Of a stretch of 64,000 nucleotides of DNA, positions 53,853 to 64,000 are shown one piece after another; position 1 is the first letter of the stretch, and every line of letters starts with the position of its first letter. This DNA is from Amoebidium appalachense (lineage: Eukaryota > Protista > Ichthyosporea), in NCBI GenBank assembly GCA_963693365.1, contig CAVNZM010000010.1, positions 2,418,001 through 2,482,000 of the forward strand, written 5' to 3'. Both the position numbers and the translations under genes were made by a program. Below the pieces are notes generated by a model, which had not been told where the DNA came from, made no database searches, and saw only the letters and a list, made by a program, of their open reading frames with translations.

Positions 53853-54791
53853 TGAAGAATTTTATAAGTATTCTGACATAATGTCCGAGTCGGGGAAGCA
53901 GAGACACAGTGGTGCAGTGTAAAAACACCACAGACACACAGACAAACACACAGACGGAACCGATCGGAGAAGTGTACAGAACAGACATCAATGTTTAGAC
54001 ACAACTGAACTGAATTTATTTTGAGATGTGCTTATATAACTGCAATCACTAAGTCAAACCTATGTGTGATTTCCGACCAGTCGGAAATCAGAATAGATAT
54101 CGGATAGACCAATCATAATGGACTGATCACTACAGCAATAGATCCAACACTCGCAATAGATCACGGCAAGGCATAAGAACACAGTCACGAAGAAACTGTA
54201 AACCTTGACACTAATTTCTAACCTATTATTGAGGTTAACGGCAGGGACACGTTATGACTAGTCTAGTGATTGGTTAGACCGCGGCAATTCGCAAAACAAA
54301 CATAGTTGAATAAACTATTGACACATAAAATAGTACATGGTGTAGCCTATGTGTTTTTCTTCCAATCAAAACACATCTATGCACACGAATTGACTCAACG
54401 TATATTAGTGAGAAAGAACAGTGATCACACACATGAACACCAGGGAAAAGGAGGAAAGAAAAGAGAAGAAGAGAAGAGAGAAAAAGAGAGGAACACAGAA
54501 CAACAAACATGAACACGATAGCACAGTTACAACATAAGATATTCATGTACACACAAACATGTGCACGAGCACTCCTACTGAGTGGATTCGTGCAGGCACA
54601 TATCTATATTCTAATCTTTAGATCAACACACGATTAGAGCCAATATGACACGATTACAGACACGAAATCATATTTGAGATCGATTAACAATTTTACGAAC
54701 AAGGAGGGTGACTTTTACATTAATGCTAATGAACTGAATCATAAACACAAACTGAAAGATCTTACACATGTACAAACTACGTACTTCAACA
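53853..54791 (-). mobile_element. Solo LTR (939 bp) related to but diverged from the copia element 1 LTR
   Basis: Colinear similarity to 45456-46380 (aagcagagacacagtggtgcagtgt, aacagacatcaatgtttagacac, gatttccgaccagtcggaaatcaga) with TG...CA ends. It has no adjacent PBS or PPT, and the flanks GGGCT and TCTTG do not match. Confidence 0.88.
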
Positions 54792-55760
54792 TCTTGTTCA
54801 CGCTTTCCTAATCAATGAAAACAGACGGGATGAAACCAAGATGAAACAGCATTGCCAAAATTTTATAAAGTGAATTACTGCTGGCAGGAGACGTCTTTTA
54901 TACTTTTGCTTATCGTGGATAGCTCACTTACTGTGAGACCTGGCTGACGTGGGTCTTTCCTGACCTGATAGAGACTGACATGTGAGCTTGCGCGAGGCCG
55001 GGAAACTCAGGTACCGTTACGGTAAGGTAATTTACGCAGTGTCGAAACTACAAAAGAAAAAACTACTTGTTGCATGTACCATTGTGCCCTCTAAAAAAAC
55101 CGGTGAAGTCTCTGATGATATCGATACATGTATGATATTCACTCTTACACTGTACGTCGTTGACATGTATATGTACATACAACATTTATGTGCGCGCACG
55201 AGGTATCACCTCATAGCCTTGGACACGAATTCCGAAAAACCACGATCACTATAGGATAAAAAAGCTGCCACAGGCCGTCAGAGCCGGCCAAAAATTAGCT
55301 TTGCCTCTGACAGTTACCATGCATGATATCACAGACTGAGTGTTCAGGTATCTTATGTTTAGTTGATAGCTCCCCGTATACCTTTCTTCAAAGTTTTCTT
55401 TACCTCGCCTCGAATTCATAAGTATGCTGCGCATAATATCACCTCTTCAGTTGAATAAAAACCAGTCAGAGAAAAACAGAATATCATCTACTGCCCCACG
55501 TCCGACTCCCCCATCACCTGTCAATGCCCCAAATACCCTGTGTATATATATATTATCCCGTTTCACTCCCGGCGAGGCACTGCCTCAGGGGAGCTTACCG
55601 TCTTCCGCCTAGACACAGATCGTACTGTACAAGGAGGTCTAAGCGCCAGCTGTCGCCGGCGCCTAAAACGAGTCAAAGTGGATGAGTATGGCAAAGTTTT
55701 CGGGAAACATAAGATTGATGGGGAGCCTTTATGTGGTTGTGTGTGCGAATGTGTGTGGTT

Positions 55761-55764
<4 letters not shown>

Positions 55765-55813
<49 letters not shown>

Positions 55814-56043
55814 TTGTGCGTTGTGTTGTTGGTTGGAGTGCGGGAGCGCGAAAGAATGTGTGTCTGAAGACAATGGGTGTGTGTGAATGTTTGTGTGTGT
55901 GTTTGTATGCGTGTGTGTGTGTGTATGTGTGTACATGTGTGTGTGGGTGTGTATTTGTGTGTGTGTGTGTGTGTGTGCACGTGTGGCGAATGTGTGTGTG
56001 TGTGTGCATACAATGGGTGTGTGTGAATGTTTGTGTGTGTGTT

Positions 56044-56118
<75 letters not shown>

Positions 56119-56211
56119 TTGATTAGAGTGCGTGAGCGCGAAAGAATGTGTGAGTGAATAGAACGAGTGTCTAAGTTTGTGTGGGTGTGTGTGAGTGAAC
56201 GTGTGTGCGTA

Positions 56212-56248
<37 letters not shown>

Positions 56249-56675
56249 ACGTGTGTGTATGGGTGTTTGTGCTTGTGTGAGTGTGTGTGTCAGTGCGCGC
56301 GCGCGTGCGTGCGTGTGTTTGTGTGTGTGTGCACGTCTCGTGTGTGTGTGTGTTTTTGTGTTTGTGTGGGTTTGTGTGTTAGGCGTGTGTGTGTGTGTGT
56401 GTGTGTACGTGTGTGAGTGTATACTGTGTGAGTGAGTTTGTTGTGTGTGGCTGTTTTGTGTGTGTGAGTGTGTGTGTGTGTGTGGATGGGGCTGTGTGGT
56501 GGGAGCCCCAGGGTTTGGGTGGGTGTTTGTGACGGTTTTTGGGGATGTGTGTGGGTGTGGCGGTGTGTCTGTGTGTGGGTGTGGGTGTGTGTGTGTGTGG
56601 CGGAGGGTTGGTAGTTGCATGTTGCGCACATCACGAACGGCAAGGCTGAGTCATTTACTTCAAGTTGGGACCAGC

Positions 56676-56772
<97 letters not shown>

Positions 56773-56878
56773 CACATGTACACGCGTACGTACGATGCAC
56801 CCCCGGGTACGGCATGTATTCACACGAACAAAGTTCCACACACACTTTGTTTCAGACACACACACACAACACACGCAC

Positions 56879-56965
<87 letters not shown>

Positions 56966-56990
56966 GCACGCACGCGCACACACACACACA

Positions 56991-57033
<43 letters not shown>
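55765..57033. repeat. Compound microsatellite block: degenerate (GT)n at about 55765-56600 followed by (CA)n at about 56678-57033
   Basis: Direct reading. It includes duplicated non-microsatellite spacers (gagtgcg.gagcgcgaaagaatgtgtg near 55835 and 56126; caatgggtgtgtgtgaatgtttgtg near 55871 and 56011). Confidence 0.9.
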
Positions 57034-57035
<2 letters not shown>

Positions 57036-57981
57036 AACTGTCCATCCTCGTCACATGCATAGTTGGATATATTTACTTGATGCGTCAAAAGGTGTTCATT
57101 GGTTGATATATTTACTTATGGCGTCCAATTCTCCAAGTTCATTCGTCGTACGTACTATCGAAAGGAGGCGAAATCGGCATCGGGCACGTTGTGATTTTTA
57201 TCATAGCATTTATCGAAAAGTAAAAAAATGGATTTTTTACGATGTTTTATTATTTTTGCTAGACCAATAGTCATACCCGAGCGCCATGGCATGTAGCCGA
57301 GAACGGTCCTTTTTGACTCAGGGTTGCATTAGTTCATACCCTTACACCTACAGCCACACGTAGCGGCTGCTTACCTCCCTTTTTGCCCTCTAATACTTTG
57401 TTCTGAATCAATTTTAGACTTAAACTTTTTATATTTTGTGACACAAACACCTCCACACGTTAATATTCTTCTATGCTGCTTGGTTTTATGCGCGTTTCGG
57501 CTTTTGATTTCGCTATGCAAATCTCCGCGGATTGCATAGTCAGTGATTAGTCACTGGGCCAGATTACGGGAAGGTCAAACGGTCGTTTAGGATTCTGATT
57601 GACCCCAACTGGCACTATTTTTAGTCACGCCTTATCCCACGGTTCTAGCCGCAGCAACGCCAGTGGGGAAGTGAGCACAGCTCACTTTAACAACACCAGC
57701 CGGGACACATACACAAACATAAAGACTTGAAAGGGAAAGACCCCATGCCCAGGACGCTGACCCGAACCGTGGCCGCGGTGACTCGGATTGGTCTCCCACT
57801 TGAACCAATATTGGGCTGGGATGCCCAAGCGGCGCGCCGTCGACGTCAGAGGGCCGGTGCTGTTCATGACGTCATGTCTTGCGGCCGGATAATAACAAAT
57901 TGGTAGTGCTGCTTGACGTGGTCTGGGGTGATGGCTTCTAGGGGGCGGCCAGACCGGTGGACCGTCGAGGCAGAGCAAAAA

Positions 57982-58054
57982 TCGGAAGTAACCAGGATCG
58001 ATCCTGCGACTTTGAGCTTGACACACAAAAATCTTACCATTGCACCAACCCGGC
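57982..58054 (-). pseudogene. Degenerate tRNA-like sequence (pseudo-tRNA or SINE head, possibly Asp-GTC derived)
   Basis: GCCGGGTTGGTGCAATGGTAAGATTTTTGTGTGTCAAGCTCAAAGTCGCAGGATCGATCCTGGTTACTTCCGA has an A box (TGGTGCAATGG) and a B-box-like T arm (CAGGATCGATCCTG) at tRNA spacing. The acceptor, D and anticodon stems are broken. Confidence 0.55.
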
Positions 58055-58215
58055 CCCCCAATACCCTGTACATGTTGACATACTTATGTTCTACTCTGTG
58101 AGCCGTGTTAGCCGTGTAGGAAAATGACAAGGTGATGGGCAAATGAGTATTCTAACTGACACGTACTGCAGTTGCGTACACATGGTGGTGATCATATGTT
58201 ATATCATGATGGTGA

Positions 58216-58246
<31 letters not shown>

Positions 58247-58493
58247 AGTTGCAGTGGTGTGTGCCCCCATGTGTACAATATGAAGGCTCCCGCGACGCAT
58301 GTACGTCACTCGCTGCCTCTTGTGGGGCAGGCAGTCACAGGGAAAGGACGTCGCCGGTGTGGTGGCACGGTGCCGGAAGGCAAATTTAAGCTCAATGCCC
58401 CCCCCTCCCTCCCCCCGCGCCCGCACACACGCACACACACGCGCGCACGCACGCACACGCGCACGCGCACACGCACACACGCACACGCACACG

Positions 58494-58573
<80 letters not shown>

Positions 58574-59469
58574 GTCACAGACGCACACACACGCACACAG
58601 ACACACACACTATATGGCACACTCAAACCGCACAGGCGAGTGCGCCAGCGTGCCCCCCCCCCCCCCCCCCCCCCATGGCCAGCTCCCGGTCCCTCCCTCC
58701 CTTCCCGCCCTTCCCACCGGTTGGTACGGTAACCTCCCTCCCTCTCCGCAGCTCCCTAGGCTCCTTCTCTCTCTCTACCGATCTCACTTCCTCCATTCCC
58801 TCCCATCCCCACCCACCCTCCTTCCGGGCCCCTCTTTCTCTCGCGCTTCTCTTTCTCTTTCCCTTTGGAGATGCGGGATGACGTCAGTGACTGTCGATCA
58901 ATTTGGTTTTCGCGCCATGTCCCCGTGGCAGGAGGAGTGTAAAGCATTGTAAAGCACCGCTGCCGTCGCTAGTAAAGCAAAACGTTGGGGCCGTTTTACA
59001 CGCTTGCACTTGTGTGGCAGCTTCTGTACGTCGCAAATTATAACTGTATCATTATTCGGTCGCATGAATGCATATTGTTCCAACCTTTTTTACAAATCTA
59101 GGCCTTCAAGTTGGTCTCAGGCCCGGGAGGCTTTCCATCTTCTATGATAAGCCGTCTTATATGGATCCGATGACTGCTTAACAATAAAAAGGGAACATGA
59201 GAGGGGCATGATGTTAGAGGAGAGCAAAAGTGAACTAAGAAATACCTAGACAGGGCGTGATAGGGAGGAGGTGCTAGAGAGGCACTTGTTAAACTGTGTC
59301 CAGTGCATAGTTCATGATAAACTGGAACTACGGGAACATTCAGGAATAAGATGATTCAGTTCTAGATCTGAGATATTAATGTAGTGCTATATTTTTGGAA
59401 CCATTATAAGATTATAGGGGCTAACGAGGCTTGAAGGGAGATTAGATAACGGTCTTGTGTGTGTGTGTG

Positions 59470-59601
59470 TGTTGGAATACGTCACCATGTGTGACAGCAA
59501 GAGCCTTGAAGTATGTATGTGTCCTAGCTTGTTTGTATTCGTGTCTGCTTTCCTCCTTTGTGCTCTCTCTCTCTCCCTCTCTCTCTCTCTCTCCCTCTCT
59601 C

Positions 59602-59647
<46 letters not shown>

Positions 59648-60393
59648 CCCCCCCCCCCCCCCCCCTATCTCTCTCTCCCTTGTTTCTGTGGGCACAGATA
59701 TCTGTAGATCTGTGCACACCTGGCTCTCTTGCCTGATAAGAACTTATTGTGTTTTATTTCTATTTGCTCTCCTCTGTTTATCTGAGAGGTAGCGTGACTG
59801 GCTAGCCTCACTCGTTGTCTTTCCTTTATTTCAAAATGGCCTAGTTTGTTCTCAAAAGGATGGCTCGCCAATAGTCGCGAGCGAGTACATCTGTAGATTG
59901 TGTTGTGCATTCCTGTCTGTTAATATATGTGTGTTGTGATTGGACAATAGATATATATGGAATTCGGTTTATTGCAAAGTGTCTTCACTTTGAGAGTGTC
60001 GACTGTTAGGAAATATATGTATTTAAATAAGTTTCTTTATAGAGACGAACATAAATATATATGTGAGTTAATAGTGACTAGATGTATAATTACTTAATTT
60101 ATTTAAGTAAGAGTTTCTACACTTTAGTTTAATCGGAAGTTGGAATGCGTATGCTCTGTCGGAATGTGTTTTTCTATCTTCTGATAGAACCGATTGGTTC
60201 TCCCTCTTTAGTTGTGATAAGGTGATAAGTCGCAAGTACAAAAGGAACCGAGAGCACAATAAAGATTCAGTTGTTGTTTGAAATCTTTCAATGTCTCGTG
60301 AACAACTCCGATTGCCCTCTCATTAATGTGTTAGTCGTGTTTTTACATGACACCTCTGTGCACTCTGCTCCCTTAGACCCGTACAAAACAACA
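59470..60393 (+). repeat. 5' LTR of copia element 2 (about 924 bp)
   Basis: Starts TGTTGGAATACGT (element 1 starts TGTTGTAATACGT) and ends CAACA immediately before the PBS. The left boundary is inferred because the partner LTR is outside the window. Confidence 0.7.
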
Positions 60394-60512
60394 GGTTAAA
60401 GGCCCATTTTCGCACGCTCTCGCAAACACATACTCTCGCTGCAATCAAAAATATTCAAATTTGAATACCGATCTGATTCCTCTTTCACGCATCATCTGAC
60501 TGATTGATCACC

Positions 60513-63500
60513 ATGTCGGAGAAACCTGCGTATCTCAACCTCACCCCCTGGAAAGGGGATGACACCACGGACAAGAAGTCCGGCAAACGTCTCACCTATT
60601 ATGAGTGGGAACCCGTCATCTTCCGGTACCTACGTACCACCACCGCGGCCAAGTTAGTGCCCGTCATCAAGGCCCCCGAGTGGGTCGACCCTTCCGACGA
60701 GAATGAGTGGCACGGCTACGACACTGAGGAGGCCTACACCGAGGCTTCCAACCTCCTTGAACAGATGTTTACTCAACTCGTCTCCAATGATGAGCTGTAT
60801 AACTCTGGTCAAATCCACGATGATGTGTCACCTGCCCAAGCTTTCCACAACCTCCGTATGACCTATGCGGCTGAACGTGAAGATCGTGCTCGTCAAATCC
60901 TCCTCGACTACCATGAGCTTCAAGTTGAACTCAAAGACTTCAAGACCGTCACGGCCTACCTCACCATGGCACGCCGTCTGTGCACTACCCTGCACATCCT
61001 CGAAGAGCCCATTCCTCACAAGACTATGGTTGATAACTTCTTCATCCACCTCAAGAAGAACCGTAAGTTAGTTTGTACCGACATCCAGGCCATGATTGCC
61101 GACTACTTCCGTCGTACCATTAACTACGAGACCTACAACCGTCTAATCAGTGACATCAGAGCTGCAGAGATCCGTGAAGGTCTCATCGACTCTGGGTCCG
61201 GGTCCTCCTCCACCGTCCGAACAGCACGTGCCCTGCAAAGCCGTGTACTCACCAAGGACGACCTCAGACACCGGATCCCCCGACGTGACAGCTCCGTCTC
61301 CCGTCACCCCCGCGGTCGTCCCACCGATCGATCCCCCTCAGTTGACCGTGATTACTCACGGTCCCGTTCCCCCGGCTATCGTTCCCGGTCACCCTACCCC
61401 CCACGTAAAGGGGGTAACCGTCATTCCCAGCCACCCCGAGCCAAGACCACTGGCTCCCTCGACTGTGCCTACTGTCACGAAGACCATCATGTCACACAGT
61501 GTGACAAACCTGGCTGCTCAATTGCCCGTCGTCACCGTGCCAACACCAAGTCTGGAAAAGAGGTGCATTTTGCCCTCGTGTCCACCACGGCCTCCCTACC
61601 CATGGACCCCTGCTGGGACTCGGCTTCAAACGTCCACGTGTGCCCAGTAAAAGAGTACTTCTCCACTCTTGAGCCATGCCCCCCGACTGACGTCCACGGC
61701 CTCGGCATCGTCACTGCACATCACCGTGGTGTCATCAACCTGGCCGTCACCTACAACGGAGTAACATCAGTACTGAGCCTCAACACCCTCTATGTACCCG
61801 ACTCCCCAGCCTTCCTGATATCACCCTCAATGGCCTCCAAGTCGGGTCTCCTTGCCCACCTCGATGATGAGGATGCATTCCCATCATACCTCTACACTCG
61901 TGGTGGCAACATCGTGTGTTCCCTCACAGGCACAGATGGACTGTACTTCATCACTGACTATGAGATACGTCCCTCCATCCCTCGGACCGTCACTGCTCTG
62001 GTAGCCAACGTCAAGGTCAACAATGATCCTCAGCTCTGGCACCACCGTCTCGGCCATCGTGCCCTGTCCACCCTCACCAAGATGGTGAGAGGTGACCTCG
62101 TGACAGGCCTCCCCTCATCCCTCTCAGTGGCTGACACCACTGACTGCTTCGGTTGTGTCTCCGGCAAGACCACCAAGGCCCCATTCTCCGGCACCAGAAC
62201 CCAGTGCCCCTTCCCCGGTGCCAAGTGGCACATGGACTTCTTCGAGCCTCCCTGTGCCTCCTATGGTGGCTAGAAGGTGGCCCTCGTGTGTACCTGTGAT
62301 GCCTCCGGCTACACCATCGTGTACCTCCTCCGTGATCGATCCGAAACTCTCGAATACGTCAAGGCCCTGGTTGAGACTACTGACAAGCAACCCGACAAGG
62401 TGGTGACCCACTTCCGTTCAGACTCTGGGTCCGAGTTCACCTCCCACGCTATGGAGCAGTACTGCCAGTCCAAGGGCATCATTCAAGAATTTGCCCCAAT
62501 TGACTGCCCCCAACTCAACGGCTTCGTTGAACGTAAGATGAGGGATCTGCAGGAGATCGTTCGGTGCTTCCTTCATCAGGACAAGGCCGACTCCCTTTCC
62601 CCCAAACTGTGGGGAGCTGCTCTCAAGCATGCTGCCTACATCATCAACGTGACCCCGGCCAGAGCTGCCAATGGCCGTACACCGTTTGAAATTTTCTACG
62701 GTGTCAAGCCTGACATCTCCCACCTGCACGTGTTCGGCTGCCCAGCCTATGTACACGTCCCTGCATCCAAACGAGACAAGTTGGCCTCTACCGTCAAACT
62801 CGGCACCTACGTGGGCTGGGATATCACCAACAAAGCCCACAAGATCATGAATCTACGTGGCAACACGGTCAACCTCTACCGCGATGTCGTCTTCGACGAA
62901 TCACAATTCACCACGGCATCCAATCAGATTTCTGTGCAGGCCACCAATCAGACGACCTCAATCGATTCATCCCTGCATTCCGGAAATTCCAATTCCGATG
63001 ACGATGAAATTCCGTCGGTGATTATCCGTCGTTCCCCCCGTCGTGTACCTGCCCCCGTGGCTCCACCCACCCCCCCCCCCACCGGTCAGCAACCCCTGCT
63101 GCCGGCCCCTGCCGTCAATGACCACGTACCTGGTCATCTCACCCCGGTTCGTCCTGGGTCTCCGGAGTTCCACTCGGCCCCGTCCAGCCCCGTGTTATCC
63201 GACTCCCCCCTCAACACGGCACCCATCCCTGGCTTCCAGGCCCCCATCCCCGACCACCGAGTGTCTGTCACAGACAACCCCCCGGCCCCTGAGCCCCTCC
63301 GTACCGTTCCCCGTCGTTCCTCCCGTCTCTCCTCCCGGCCTGCTATGGCTATGGTGAGCATCTCCCGACCCAGCCTTGATGTGTCTCAGCTGCCCCGGTC
63401 AATTCAGAAGCTGTGCTCTGGCACCAAGGGTGATGAAGTGGTGACTGCCCTCACTGCCGAGTACAAGGCTTTCATCGACAAGGACATCTTCGACGTAGTT

Positions 63501-64000
63501 GAGCCCCCCTCCGATGCCAACATCATCCGATTCAAGTGGATTGTCACGGAGAAGGTCCTCAACTCTGCTGGTGACACCAAGATCAAGGGTCGTGGTGTGG
63601 CCAAGGGTTTCACCCAAGTCTACGGTGTTGACTACGGTGAAAACTCTTCCCCCGTCGTCATGTCCTCCTCCGTCCGTGCCCTGCTTGCCCTCGGTGTGCA
63701 ACAGGACCACGAGATCCATCAACTCGACATCAGCACGGCCTTCCTCAACAGCCCCCTCGACGAGACTTTGTACATGGAGCAACCTCCTGGTTTTATCCTC
63801 CCTGGCAATGAACACAAAGTCTGGAAACTCAAGAAGGCCGTCTACGGACTCAAGCAGGCATCCCTGGCATGGTACGAGTTCTTCAACTCCATTCTCATTG
63901 CCCACGGCCTCACCCGTCTCCGTTCCGATCCGTGTGTCTACTTCCGTCAGTTCCCCAACGGGCACATCATCCGTTCGGGCAACTACGTTGATGATGCCAT
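60513..64000 (+). pseudogene. Copia gag-pol with one in-frame TAG (62271-62273) in the integrase core; partial
   Basis: MSEKPAY start; CAYCHEDHHVTQC; CWDSAS; LWHHRLGH; WHMDFFEP...YGG*KVAL; the same frame continues through FRSDSGSEF, QLNGFVERK, LDISTAFLN, LKKAVYGLKQA and GNYVDD. Confidence 0.9.

Larger units (their letters stand above)
59470..64000 (+). mobile_element. Second Ty1/copia LTR retrotransposon (related lineage, distinct family), runs off the window end
   Basis: 5' LTR 59470-60393, PBS-like GGTTAAAGGCCCA at 60394-60406, and gag-pol from 60513 continuing to the RT YVDD motif at the window end. Confidence 0.93.

Noticed and set aside
55249-55730. Short ORFs including KENFEERYTGSYQL, reminiscent of the gypsy integrase GPY motif
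   Set aside because: Too short, with no neighbouring integrase or chromodomain motifs.

Overview
Eukaryotic, intron-rich genomic window. An opisthokont, probably a unicellular holozoan, is inferred from protein features only. Introns and spacers are saturated with (GT/CA)n, (GCAC)n, (CT)n and poly-G/poly-C tracts, which generate almost all ORFs in the supplied track. I assembled exons by hand from splice signals and phase. The left 41 kb holds PAN3 (19 exons, minus), MFAP1 (6 exons, minus), a divergent PAM18/DNAJC19 (4 exons, plus), an intronless GNAT acetyltransferase (minus), a divergent 8-exon Tudor-like/TPR gene (plus) and tRNA-Ala(TGC). The right 20 kb is a transposon nest. It contains a 5'-truncated Ngaro/DIRS-type tyrosine-recombinase retroelement with a full-length, apparently intact Ty1/copia element inserted in it (925-bp LTRs, TAAAC target duplication). 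Further right lie a second, inverted Ngaro fragment bracketed by two solo LTRs without matching target duplications, a degenerate tRNA-like sequence, and a second copia element with one in-frame stop that runs off the window. The most notable observations are four. PAN3 carries both an animal-type and a fungal-type CCCH finger. The TPR protein has a Tudor-like barrel inserted inside the repeat array. A branchpoint/poly-C/CAG splice acceptor sits in front of the recombinase ORF. Several introns have complementary microsatellites at their ends. No database searches were run. Homopolymer lengths may be sequencing-dependent.
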